A DNA stretch of 64,000 bases from Salisapilia sapeloensis CBS 127946 (GCA_023334545.1 JAADVB010000073.1:1-64000), one strand, 5' to 3'; shown: positions 22,560-34,708, counted from the first letter of the stretch. Notes: generated from the letters alone by a model not told the origin. Program-made: numbers and translations.

Positions 22560-24035
22560 CGTATAAAAGCTTCTTCCTATTGGAAGAGAAGAAAGCTGAT
22601 TGCAAGCCTCTCGCAATTATACTTGTCCATAAAGCTCCCCAACATTAACAGAAATTTGATAAGTCGGAACCTCGAAAGCTGGATAGTGAGCGTTGGAAAC
22701 CGATCAAGACATCCAGTAATGTGACCATGCATTGAAAAAGAGATCCGTCTCAGCGCGTGATGAAAGATTCATACACCAACAGTGCTGGTTGGTAGATGCC
22801 TTGTGTCATCGTTGGAAATGGTACGATCTCTCATAACATTGACTAGCTCTTACACGGTCTCCCGTATGGTAAATAAGCAGCAACTCTGTAAGGCGTGAGC
22901 TACGCCGGATCACCAGTGACGAAATCCCGAACTCTTTTGACAATTGTAAAATCAACTCTGGAGCACCCGTATCGCTCTACTTATCTTCTATGGCATGCTG
23001 GTAACCCAATTCCAGCCCTTCGAAAAATAGTAAAAGACCGAGATTGCGTCTACGTTCGAGCGACTGTATCTTTATAATTTGAGAATGGTAAGCGCATTGG
23101 ATGCGGCCTCATGCGTTAGGTTGATCTACCGTTATCTCCTCCATTGGAAGAATAAGGGATCGTACATACCCGTTTATTATCCTGTAACCTGTTCAAACCC
23201 GTCCAGAATGGATCAGTCGAAGCGCTCATCAAAGCACATTATGAGGTATTTGGAAACGACGTCCTCATCTCCATCGCTGTGGTGAAATTGGCACGTGCAC
23301 TTATGGAAACTTGGACATCCGCCTACTCTGCGAAACAGAAAAAAGTTTTGTGATTACTTCAGACGAAAGATATGAACAAGGATGATGTTTGAGCTTGACT
23401 GGCACGAGGAAAGTTCAAAGCAGCTCGGATTGGAGGTCTTGACGAAACACTTAGGCCCCTTGCGTAAAGTTTGTCCGTGCACTTTGTGTGACTGATCGAT
23501 CTGTTGGAAATGCATTGTTCCCACCAAGCTTTATGACGTCATTCCCCAGTTGAATCTGATAGCGAAGAAGACTCACTTCTGTCCTACTTGCGAATAACTT
23601 ATTACCCAAGTCAATTCGTATGGCGTTGCTCGGCAAGAAGCTCTGGCTGGTAGGTATGAAAAAGATGGCAGCGGGTCCACTGTTGTTAAACCATCTAGGA
23701 TTTCGCAGGTGACGAAAAGGTCAGGTTCTTTGACAGGCAAGAAATCGTGCAGTAGCAAAGTCTACGAGTTTGACTCGGATCAAGTTAGCCCATCGACTGA
23801 AAGTTCACCACACGCTTTTGCTTAGCTTACATCATCTAGTGATTCTGTCGAGATAGCCGAGTCTAAGCAAGGGTCATCTGGCGAAGGCCCTGCTGAACGA
23901 AACGCTGGGAACAATCAAGAAGCGTAGGAAAATTTGATTGAAAATGTATAGAGGGGTAGCATATCGGAACTCGATCTGAAAGATCAAGAGCGTGACCGAC
24001 AGTTGGTGTGACTGAAGATGACGGAGCAGTGATTT
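22560..24035 (+). pseudogene. Decayed oomycete START-like + FYVE-type zinc finger gene
   Basis: Manual translation: RWKPIKTSSNVTMH*KR...MPCVIVGNGTISHNID*LLHGL...EHPYRSTYLLW...VKDRDCVYV...NGKRIGCGLMR*VDLP...AKQKKVL*L...CTLCD*SICWKC...HFCPTC. More than a dozen in-frame stops. Confidence 0.75.
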
Positions 24036-24608
24036 CGGCTGAATGATTAGGTCACTGCATATTTCAGAGAAAGATATACGTGTTGCTTGAGCTCTGGAGC
24101 AAGGCCCAAAATTATTTGCATTCGCTGGCAGTAGGCTTTGCCACGACTAAGCTTAAATATAGCATTTTCGTCTCTAGGTGTACTTGCTCCCAGCCGATCA
24201 AGGTATATCTTGTTCGTCAAAGAAAATACCACAGGTACATGATGGTATCTAGTGGTAGGTGACTTGCAGCTGAATGTAGCTGCATCATCAACTAGCTCAG
24301 CTAACCGTTGACTTGCACCCTCAACCTTGTATACAACAATCGATCTGATAGTTAGTGTGTCAAATCGATAAGGAGCTATAAAACAAATAAAGACAAAGCG
24401 GACATACAGAGTAGTGTCCATAGCTAATATTTATTCGTGTTTACAAGGCAGAGGTAGCTCTCATCTGGACTTGGTGCGGTTTTCGGCGGATACGAACGGA
24501 TTGCATTACTGGTAATCGAGCAAGATCCTACGCCGACCTCCCGTTTTGGTTAATATACATACTTTTTATTGATTTTATTATATTACAAAAGACAGATAAT
24601 TACGTAAT

Positions 24609-24681
24609 GCCTCGATAGCTCAGTTGGGAGAGCGCAAGACTGAAGTTCTTGAGGTCCCCGGTTCGATCCCGGGTCGCGGCA
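24609..24681 (+). tRNA. trnF-GAA: tRNA-Phe(GAA), copy 4
   Basis: Identical to copy 1; followed by a TTTTTT terminator. Confidence 0.95.
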
Positions 24682-25134
24682 TTTTTTCGCTTTTGACATG
24701 CTACTTGCCGCATTTTTTTTGCTGATTTTGCTTCATGGAAATCAAATGTTGGTGTATTTCTGGAAGTTGTGTTTCCATCTAGATACCCATTACTTTGACA
24801 GGAATAATTGCGTGGTGTACTGAGCCGAAGCCAACGCAAAAGTACTTTTCATTGCTCTCAGCTAATCCACAAAAAACTACTCAGAGTGTATAAGTATCTA
24901 CGCAGTCACTTCTTAAATCTGCAATGATGGATACGCTGTCTGTAAGAGTGAGTACTTTGCTTATAATGTATTCGAGTTCAATAGATGTTCCTTGAGGCAA
25001 GGCAGGTGCCCGATCAGGTCAATTAATCTGCAGATCGTCGAGTAAACTTCCGTGACTCTTCACAGTACGTTTGTACGGTCCCGGTACAGCATCAAGGCCC
25101 GCTGCTGGTCATCATATCAGGACTTTTGACAATC

Positions 25135-26475
25135 ATGTTACGAGGCGTGCGAAGTGTACGTAGGTCGCTGAACAAGCGATACACGACATCGGCACCAATC
25201 AACCAAGCTGGTTCGCAAGAGTACGTGAATGTTCGTGATACACGACTCGCGTATGCTGATATCATCGTAAGCTCGAATGGCATTTTTAACTCAGCATCAG
25301 AATTAATCCTTGTGCTGTATGCTAGGGTGAAGAGAGTTTAGCCGGCAAACTTATCAGTGCAGGTCCGATTTTAGAACGATTGGACATCTTTGGTGCAGCA
25401 GTAGCTGAAAATGTAGCTCGTAAAGCCATTGCCACGATTTCCGTGGATCGTGTGGATTTAACGAGTCGTGTCGCGCATGGTGATCTCGTGCGACTCGAAG
25501 GCGAGATGATACACGCCGGGTCTAGTTCCATGGCTGTCCAAGTTACCGGATATCGACATGACATTGAAACCGGTCGATTTGAGCATACATTGAGTGCAAT
25601 CATGACTGCAGTTGCATTAGACGAGAATATGCGTCCGAGCAAAGGCCTGCCAAAGCTTGTAGACCCGAAAGACGAGCCTGGCTATGTGGCCAAACTAGAG
25701 GAGACAGCCGCGCAGCGAAAAGACCTGTCTGCTCGTTGGCAGAGTCTTCAGGACCGTGTGGATCAGTTTGCGCACATTTCGAAGGATATGCTGGACAAGC
25801 ATCCGGAGGCGACACCAAGCATTGCACATGTGCCAATCCCAGAGACGCTGGTGGAAGTACAGAGTTTCTTCTTGCCAAAGCATCTGAACCGGAATAACAC
25901 GATCTTTGGTGGCGAAGTGCTCATGTGGATGGATAAAGTGGCACTTTACTGTGCCAGGAACTTTACGAAAAACACAAACATGGTCACGAGCGGTATGAAC
26001 CGAGTGTTCTTCAAGCTGCCCATCACTATGGACGACATCGTATCCATGAACGCACGTGTCTGCAGTGTTCGGTATGCTTTCATTTCTATTTTAAATCTAT
26101 GTATCTGCTAAGGTTGGATTGTAGAGGCGATCACTTGGAAGTCGAAGTTCAGGTTCATGTCGGTCGTGTGGGCAGTAAACAACGTCGAAAATCACACACG
26201 GGGTACATTTTCTCTATATAAACTGAAAGAAAGCCAACTAATTAGGTTTCCACGATGCAACTAGCTACTTCAAAGTGCTCAACTTGGACCGAACCCATCG
26301 GTCGCGTCCGATCGAGAAAGCGTTGCTAATGGATGAAGGCGACCAAGAGAGTATGCGTACGCTATTGAAGGCGCAATACCGTTGGCGCTTTGACGATGAA
26401 GAGCGCCGCCTTTTGACGCTAGATCCGCTCGAGCTGTCGTCGTCGTCACCACTGCACACCCCTTGGACCACTTAA
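25135..26475 (+). CDS. Tandem hotdog acyl-CoA thioesterase, copy B, multi-exon, probable mitochondrial presequence
   Basis: MLRGVRSVRRSLNKRY...AYADII|GEESLAGKLISAGPILERLDIFGA...TISVDRVDL...GDLVRLEGE, NRNNTIFGGEVLMWMDKVA. Shares intron positions with copy A. Confidence 0.87.
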
Positions 26476-26645
26476 CAGGACAAGCGCGGTTCAAATCTGT
26501 CACGTCCTGATTGGATGTTTTAGAATAGACTCGTTTTTCTTATACGAGACATACGTTTTTGTAGTCAAGTAGCATTTTAATTCTTATTTGCCGATCGCTT
26601 GTTTTGATAAAGAAGAGTGAAGCCACATATTGGGCGAAACCAACC

Positions 26646-28253
26646 ATGGGTACGGCGTTCTTCCTTCCTTTTTTTATGCCATACGTATGTACTAAAAGTC
26701 ATAATTGATATACGTAGATGGACCATCGTAAGCATGCATTCTCCTACCTTGTACATGACGTATCTTATCTATTGCACACAGAAAACGTCAGCGCCCTGAC
26801 AATACGCTTGCGAATAATGCTCGTAAATGGACAGAAGAACAGGTACATAGTATGTAGCTAACGTATGCTTTCTTCAGCTTGACGTCTGTCCATAGGACAA
26901 AGCTCTGGTAGAAGCCGTGAAAGAGCTGGGGAGTAAGAACTGGATGGCCGTGGCCGAGCGTGTGCCCGATCGTGATAATGCTCAGTGTCTCCAACGATGG
27001 AACAAGGTACTTATGCCAGGACTAAAGAAAGGTCCGTGGGCACCAGAGGAAGACGCCATGCTTCGAGACAGGATGCTGGAAGGTTTTACGACGTGGAAAG
27101 AGATCGCTTCTGGCATTCCAGGCCGAACGTATGCTACCTTTTCTATACATTCCCAAGCTCCTTCTCACCTCGTAGTGTCAGTGTGAAGCAGTGCCGAGAG
27201 CGTTGGCGAAATCGTCTTGACCCTTCCATCAAGAAAGAGTGCGTAGAGCATAGTTGACAGGTAGAATCATGCTGACGAGAGCCATAGACCATTTTCACCG
27301 GAAGAAGATCAAAAGCTACAAGAGGCATACGAATTATACGGCAACCGATGGACACAAATCGCTGGCCTCCTGCCGGTATATCTCATTATTCCATCAATAG
27401 TCTACAGCAGCATGACTTGAATGCATAGGGTCGAACGGAAGATGCTGTGAAAATTCGTTGGAAGCATTTGAATCCGAATCGTCCAGCTCATGTACGCACA
27501 GGTCGTCCACGAGCTCTTCCAGAGGAAAGCAAAGGCCAAGAGCTTTCTCCCACGAATCCGATGCCAGCTCCGTCGTACTCGGACATGCTGTCGGACTCGA
27601 CGCCAAACACTCATGTCTACCCTTCCTACGCCCTACAGGACGAGTCGCTACCAGAACCCATCTCTGTCCCAGCAAAAGACGAGAATATTAGTGAAGAGGA
27701 TTTACGCATTCTAAAAGGGTTCTTACGCAGCCACTCGAACGGATCGATCAATGGACTCGGCGATTCCTTCCGAATGAATGGACTTGGCGACTCTTTCCGA
27801 GCGTTGCCGTCCATTCGAGGTGTCTTTAACGACTCGGCGGAGAGTGGTGAGACGACAGCTGAAACTGGCGAGACGAGTAACACGCGCGGTCGAGCGAGAA
27901 CGATGATGCGGCTATTGAGTCTCGGAGGTTCCTCTGGGAATCTGAGCATGCGGTCGTTGTCTCTGGAAGAAGCTGCTCCAGATGAAGACTGGATCGAGAC
28001 GGAGCTGCAGAACCAACGTAATAGTGGACTGCCGATCTTTGACAGCATGTCAAGGCTGTTGAATCAATTGCAGCCGCAGGAAGGGTCGTTGGAAGATGAA
28101 GTGAACGGGACGTCGGAGTCAACGAGCACGGAGCAGTCGTCAAGCCAGAGCTTTGGTAGTCTCTTGCACGGTACGTCCGGGTCATTCTACGTCAGTCACG
28201 ATAATGTCGGGACGTCGACAAAGATTGGCGATACAGAAGGCACAATGATGTGA
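26646..28253 (+). CDS. Three-repeat MYB transcription factor, copy B, multi-exon (start inferred through micro-exons)
   Basis: RKWTEEQ|DKALVEAVKELGSKNWMAVAERVPDRDNAQCLQRWNKVLMPGLKKGPWAPEED...QCRERWRNRLDPSIKK...FSPEED...YGNRWTQIAGLLPGRTEDAVKIRW. Confidence 0.87.
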
Positions 28254-28287
28254 GTTGTAACGTGCAATACAGTCCTTTGTTTCAAAT

Positions 28288-29571
28288 TCAAGTGTACAGG
28301 TCCATGGTAAAGCTACGTTGGTGAGACTGGTTCCGTTTCCGTCGTTGTCGACGTCGTTCGAGTAGACTGCATTCGGCATCCTTGTCCATGTCTTCGGATG
28401 TCGATGGAACGGGAAGACTCTTTGACCGTTCGATGGCTCGTGGCATGAGTGGAGTGCTGAATGTTCGTCTCTTGACGGAGTATTCTCGAACAAATCCATG
28501 GTAGTTGTACGCGTGGTAACTCCCGCCAGTGCGTCTTTCTCTAGACATGTGCCGCTCCCTTTGAGCCTCGTCTTCATGTCGGTGTATCTCCTCCTGACTT
28601 ATAGGCGTCGTGTCGGGGAGTCTGGCGCTAGATAGACATGGACGACAGAAGGAACGAGTGTCTAGTAGATTGTTATCAAGAACGCATAACAACGGTTTCT
28701 CTTGACGACAATTTGAACAGACGTGGTCTTGGCAGATAGCACACGGCATCAAGTCTTTTACTCTTTTCTTGTTACAAGAAGCACATGAGGTCACTGCTGG
28801 ATCAGCCACTGGACGTTGAGTCGAGACCATCGATGTGAGTTTCCGGGCTTCACAGCATTGCAGAGCTTTTGCTGGTAGTAGCGCTCGATTGGCAATGGCG
28901 TCGTCCTTGACTCGCTGTGTATTCGGACTTCCATTTGCAGCGTACGTCCCAGTCATAAAGACTTCTACCAGAGTTGGCGTAATGGGTTTGTACAAGTAGC
29001 ACATGTAGACGTGCTTGAGTTTATTTGGAAACGATAGATCGGGGTACTCGTCCATGGACACAATGGCATGATACGCCACTTCGCATCCGTCTGAATCCAA
29101 CGACCTTCCCATCCGTTCATACGTGAGCATCGTGTGCGTCGAAACACTTGCATCCGTCGCACACATCTGCATCCATGTGACGTACTTGGTACCAGCAAAA
29201 CGGAACGGTGCGTCGGCACTCGCTGTCTCCGTCGCTTCAAGCACTTTTGCATCCAAAATACTACATCGTGACGTTGACAAGAGCTGCTGTGCTGCAATTG
29301 CATCCTCGTCCGTGTCATAATACAAGCCGGTCGTGACATCCTCAAGCGACCCTTTCAGATACCCCGAGAGTCGTATCGGCAAGGCATTCGTTCCGTCTGT
29401 AGGAGAGAGCGAACGGTAGACTGCCAAAGGACCTCGACGTAAGAGCGGGAAGAAATTCGGCAGGTGTCTGATTTCCCCATCAAAGTCTCTCCAAGCCTCG
29501 AGCGTATCATTTAGTAGATCATCACACTCCATCTCCATACCGTATCGGACGTCGGAGCTAATTCTTTGCAT
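28288..29571 (-). CDS. Oomycete START-like + FYVE-type zinc finger protein
   Basis: SGYLKGSLEDVTTGL, DAKVL...PFRFAGTKY, CCEARKL, then CASCNKK...CAICQDHVCSNC...FCRPC. Start approximate. Confidence 0.75.
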   Translation of the reverse strand: MQRISSDVRYGMEMECDDLLNDTLEAWRDFDGEIRHLPNFFPLLRRGPLAVYRSLSPTDGTNALPIRLSGYLKGSLEDVTTGLYYDTDEDAIAAQQLLSTSRCSILDAKVLEATETASADAPFRFAGTKYVTWMQMCATDASVSTHTMLTYERMGRSLDSDGCEVAYHAIVSMDEYPDLSFPNKLKHVYMCYLYKPITPTLVEVFMTGTYAANGSPNTQRVKDDAIANRALLPAKALQCCEARKLTSMVSTQRPVADPAVTSCASCNKKRVKDLMPCAICQDHVCSNCRQEKPLLCVLDNNLLDTRSFCRPCLSSARLPDTTPISQEEIHRHEDEAQRERHMSRERRTGGSYHAYNYHGFVREYSVKRRTFSTPLMPRAIERSKSLPVPSTSEDMDKDAECSLLERRRQRRKRNQSHQRSFTMDLYT

Positions 29572-29734
29572 GGCGAGTTGCGTAATGAGTAACGACCTGA
29601 TGCGATGCTTCCGACGGCCTGTCGCCACGTACGTACGTAAGCATGTACCTAGATGGACATATCGAACGTATCTCATGCTAAAGAAATATAAGAAAGAAGA
29701 AAAAAAGGTAAAAGCCCATGTTTCCTGCGAGTAT

Positions 29735-32512
29735 CTACTTGGCAAGTTTCTCAATCGTTTGCTGCAAGACTGGATGGAAGGCCTTTTGTTCCGTCTTCAA
29801 ACACACTTGACACTCTTGCTTGTCAATCGAGAATTCAAACAAGATCAAGAGGTTCGTCATGGTCTTGGCACTAAAGTAAGCAATATCCTTGCCATCAATC
29901 GTCCGCTTCGCAACGTAAAACACGTTCAGTCGTTCCATACTCTCAGCCATCTCATCGACATCCCGACCTTGCGTCGGAATCGTAAAGTAGTGCTCGTTGC
30001 TTTCATTGATGCCTTGCCAGCGCTCGACAAAGTCCTTCTTACTGAGCGACCCGCCCGACGTGAAAAGTGCTTCCAAGTCCAAGTCCGTCGCAAAGTACAA
30101 GACGTCGCCACTTGTCTGGTTCTTCACAGCCACTTGCACTTGCAAGTTCGGAGCGACCTGTGTGTTCACCATGCTCCCACTCACGGTCAACGGCAGCGTC
30201 TGGGAGGTAGACCCACCAGTTGGGAGAGAGAAAGATAGCTCCTGCTGCGTAGGTGTGACGCCAAACGTGCTCTTGTTAAACTGCACGGCGATGCCGTTCA
30301 CAGCGCTCGAAGACTCGTTCGAAATGTCCATATCCAGCACCAATTGGTCGTTCTGACGCGTAAAAACGCCGTGGATGGCCAGTCCCTTGCCTTTTTCACT
30401 CGACAAGAGCTCCTTCTTCTTGGACTTCGTCTTGGTCTTTGGCTTCGGCTGGTCGTCGAAACCCATGTCCAACAAGTCGACAGGAGCATCTTCACTACTC
30501 TTCTCCTCTTCTTCTTCTTCACTTTCCGAAGCTTCCCGCACCTCCGACGCGGTAGAGCGTACGACGAATGCTGACGGAAGTTTGTGGTAGACACTCGAGA
30601 GCGTCGCGATACGCGCTGTGAGCTGGTCGAGCATACCGCGATCGAGTGTAAAGGTATCATCCTTGATAACCGGTTTCTCTGCCAAGACAACGGCGCGTGC
30701 GGCTTCTGGGTTAGCAGACAGCAGACGCCAGTAGACGTATCCTCTGTCTCTCAAGTCCGGGTTATCACTCTCCTCTGTCGCTTTCTGTAGCACTTGCTGG
30801 ACCATATCTTGCGTCTCACTCGGACGTTTCAAAAAGAGTTTTACGATCGCTGTGAGGAGCTGTAGTTGGACTTGTGGTGTTTCATCGTCAAAGGCTTCGA
30901 GGAACGAGTCTAGCAATTCATCAGCATTATCAATCCGTTCGGCATACTCTCCGACGATCCAGATCATGGACGCCTTAGCTTCTGGTTCATCCAACGCTTC
31001 TAAGTTCTCACACAACGTCGAGATGACACTTTCATACTGATTTGGATATCGACGGAAGATGTCTTTAATCACGATAATCGCTTCCTGGACAATGTAATTC
31101 ACTTGCGTCTGGATGAGTTCGAGCAAAACGTTGATGCACTTCTCTGCCGCGCGTTCGAGTTTCACGGCACAGCGACCGATGGCACGTACAGCTCGGCGGA
31201 CAAAGTCGACGTCAACTTCGGTCGCGTACTCTTTAAGCTCCAATAGGACTTGCTCAACGTTTTTCTCTGATACGAGACGAATGATAATGTCTAGTTTCTC
31301 CATCTTGACGTAGATCGGATCGTTGTACTTGCAGAAGAAAACCTTGATCTCGGATGAAAGAATCGCCGGGCGTTTCTGGACGATGAGATTGATGTTTCGT
31401 AAAGCAACATACTGGATCTCAGGTTCAGCCGATAGGAGCGTGATAAGAGGAGGTGCCATCTTACGAGACAAGGAGCGCTCGGTGTCTACGTCGTCTACTT
31501 TTTCTAGGAACTTCATGATGACTTTGACTGCAGAGAGGACGACCGCAGAGTTGGCGTGTTGGAGACGAGGCGTCACGCGTTCAATGATGCTTTCTGCCTC
31601 CTTGGAATCCACTGGAGAGTACGTTGAGAGAGCATCGAGCACAAAGACTTGACCCCACTCATTGCATTCGTTCAGTGCCGCCAAGAGTTTTTGTAAGATC
31701 GGCTTTGTGATCTTGAACGAGTGAGGCCCGTACTCTGCGATTTCGGATAAAGCAGCAACAGCATTGGCGACGACAGTCGGGTTCGAGTCCGATATGAGCT
31801 CACGAAGCATGTCGAGGAAACCTTGTTCCTCCACGAGATTCGGGTTGATGTCGTAGAGCTTGGAGACACATATCGCAGCTGTCTTTCGGACGTACGGATC
31901 GTCGTCATTGAGGCACCGACGAAGTGGTTCGCATAGATACTCTGTGATACGATCCACACGAATGCAGCCCATTGTTCGGACAGCTAGCGCTCGGATGAGA
32001 GGATTCGGATCCGCTGCGTCCTAATGACGCCGTTAGTTGGTATTCTCTTTTACGTTTATGAGGGAAAGAGGTACTTTGACAAAGGTGTTGACAGCTAGGA
32101 TGGTCAAGTCTGGGTTGCTTTTGGCATAGTTGATCAGGTACAAGTAGACGAGTTTCTTTAGCTGTGTATCCGCTAATTATATGATGAATATGGCTCTTGA
32201 TGGGATTGATACGAAGGAATTGTACCGGTCTGGATGCAGTTGACAACGTCTGTGAAGAGCATCGAGACGTCTTTTCCGACAGTCATATTCGCAATGACTT
32301 TCTTGACAGCATCCTTCTTCTTCTCTCGACTCGGATTCGCCAATTCCTGACGAAGTTCATGCGTCTCGCCTACACAATACCTTTAGGACATACGATATAG
32401 ATGATATAAGAGCGAGGGAGATACCTTTCTTCGTCGTGGTAAAGAACTTGGAGTCATTGCCAATGCCTGCCATGCGCTTGGCAATCGCTTGCATCGTCGC
32501 GTTCATCGACAT
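29735..32512 (-). CDS. AP1B1/AP2B1: AP-1/AP-2 complex beta subunit (beta-adaptin), multi-exon
   Basis: [33 protein letters not shown]...[34 protein letters not shown], appendage domain at the C-terminus. Confidence 0.95.
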
Positions 32513-32860
32513 GGTGGAGCGGAAAGCGTCGTGGATCTCCACGTCAAAGGAGGAGTTTCAAGCTGGAGTAGAACAGTCCGATTCTTTTATTGGATAAAAT
32601 GCAAATTTACAGTATATGATTGGCTGAAAAGGTAATCTAAACACTTTGCTTCCAACCCATCTACTTGCTCTCTACAAAAGTATGAGGAGTGTGCATGCAT
32701 GTAAAATGTGGTATTTAAGTGCATGGCTATCTTTGTGGTAGACAGATTGACGTTAAAAGGAAGCTATGGTCGGATGAACTGGACCGCGTTTGATTGCATG
32801 AAAATCAGGATATGTACTTGTAATTGGTAGAAAAGATATGCATACAAATATCAAGTTAAA

Positions 32861-34248
32861 ATGGTGCGAAACAACGAAAGTGGACACGAAGTGAGGATGG
32901 ATAGCAAGGACGAGCAAGGTCGGCTCTTGCGGACTGGTGGTGACTATTCCACTGACAAGTACAAATTGCTGGAGCTCAATGACGATCTGGAGAATGCTAT
33001 TAAATGTGGAGACCGTGTCTTTCTCGTTGGCAAGCCGAATGAACGAGCTGTCCTGTGCACACCGACGCAATCGTTCGAGCTTAAGAACGAAGACACGTCT
33101 AATGTTCGCATGCTGACGCTGCAAAATGATATCACAAAAGACAGCAATGCTACAGATGACATTGTGCTCTGTGGATCCGTCCAATCCCACTACATCGTAC
33201 GTAGCTATCTCTGCCCGAATCGATAATCATCTCACGTATCCATCCTAGCTGCAACAACGAAAGCCTGACATTGCCAAGCTGAAAGAACTCTTGAAGGACT
33301 CTGCATACGAGAACAACCCAAACGTATGTATACGACTAACACATTATACCTTTACATCCATTTACAGTCATTTTGGTAGACATCTCCGAAACGCATCAAG
33401 CACAACACCTTGTATAGTACGAAAGACCTCATGTCCGAGCTACAGGCAAGTGAAAAGGAAGTGCTAGAGCTACTGGACCGACTGCACGCTTTCCAAGACG
33501 CAGGTATACTGCCTCTATCCCTCAAATTCCAGTTCGAAAGCTAAGCAAATGGTAGAAAAATGGCGAGTCCTGAGCTCTGGCTATCAGTCTCGTGTCTTCG
33601 GTGACATGTTGGACATGATGATGGAGCAGGAGCTTCCATTTCTATCGTCTGGCGTCCACGTGAACGACCTCACACGTCAAATTGATCATCCAACAGTCGC
33701 CATTCGCCAGTGCTGTCGAATCTACGGCATTCCCACCACCAACGACACTGATACGTTTGTCTTTGACTCGACGAAAGTGGCTGTGTTCTGTGCTGTGCAA
33801 CTCTTCGAGGAGCAAAAGACAGACGCTAACTTTGCGTTTTCGTCTTCTGGAAATACTAGTGGTGGAGATGGATGGCCAACGGATGAATTTATGCGTAAAT
33901 GGAAACTAAGACTGCCAGAAGACATCGCAGTGGATGTCAGTATGCTCAAGGGATTGTGTTTGCGTCGACAAGGACAGGTGGAGGAACTCATATATTTCCC
34001 AGAAACATCTCTTTCTATGGATCCGAAAACGAGATTCCACCAGCTATTCCAGAAGCAAGATAAATGGACGCTCGAGCAGCTCGAACCTTATATCCAGTAT
34101 GTAAAGATGCTCTAATCGATCGATCAGATCTAATAATGTTGATAGACCGCTGGTGGAAAAAGGCACAACACAAGCCTCGTTGCTACTAAAGTATGCTCGA
34201 TCGTCTCGACAGATGCACTCGAACGAGCGGTTGTATAGTAAACGGTAG
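32861..34248 (+). CDS. DSCC1: Sister chromatid cohesion protein DCC1 (Ctf18-RFC subunit), multi-exon
   Basis: YKLLEL...AVLCTPTQSFELKNEDTSN; C-terminal LSMDPKTRFHQLFQKQDKWTLEQLEPYI|QPLV...LLLKYARS. Confidence 0.88.
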
Positions 34249-34708
34249 AATAGTAGACTAGATGTAGATCTCTTGAACTGGACAATCGACCACGAAAGCG
34301 TGTCGATCATCTGAAAAGGAGATCTAATTTGTATCGGGCATCGGCATCGAATAATTTTGCATAAATAAAGCAAAATCACTTGTGCCATGCCACTTATTTC
34401 TATGATGCATGTATCTTCGCCGGGCTGGAGAACGACGCAATGAGTAATGCAAGTTCTCCGAAAATTGGAAGCTTTTGTTTCGTATATGGCATTTCCATTC
34501 GAAAATGGGGTAATCACTAGGTTTTCCTGTATGGGAGAAGAGGCCCAGTCTGTACCATGCCAATGAACGGATCTACTTGTGGTCTAAAGAGCAAATGTCG
34601 AAATGGAATTGAGTGGCCAATAGCTTGTACATTGACTTTCGAGGAGCACACATAAATGATTTGGAGGAGGACGACAGTTTTGACCAACTGACCGATTTGG
34701 ACGTCGGT

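Noticed and set aside
22560-24035. Stop-codon reassignment or readthrough as the explanation for the stop-rich gene
   Set aside because: All three stop types occur, frameshifts are also present, and neighbouring genes terminate normally with TAA, TAG and TGA.
19434-24681. The four 73-bp repeats as a CRISPR array or SINE family
   Set aside because: They are complete tRNA genes with terminators, irregular spacing and mixed orientation; no cas genes and no SINE body or tail.
19311-24839. ORFs containing RDRTGDLKNFSLALSQLSYR or DPGSNRGPQELQSC (19311-19556, 20736-21023, 21306-21557, 24600-24839)
   Set aside because: Spurious translations of the tRNA-Phe genes.
29570-30690. Long antisense or alternative-frame ORFs over beta-adaptin (similar cases over GLK-B, FKBP 39019-39897, LeuC/D-like 56775-57818 and C2CD5)
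   Set aside because: Shadow ORFs expected from GC3-biased codon usage; no independent motifs.
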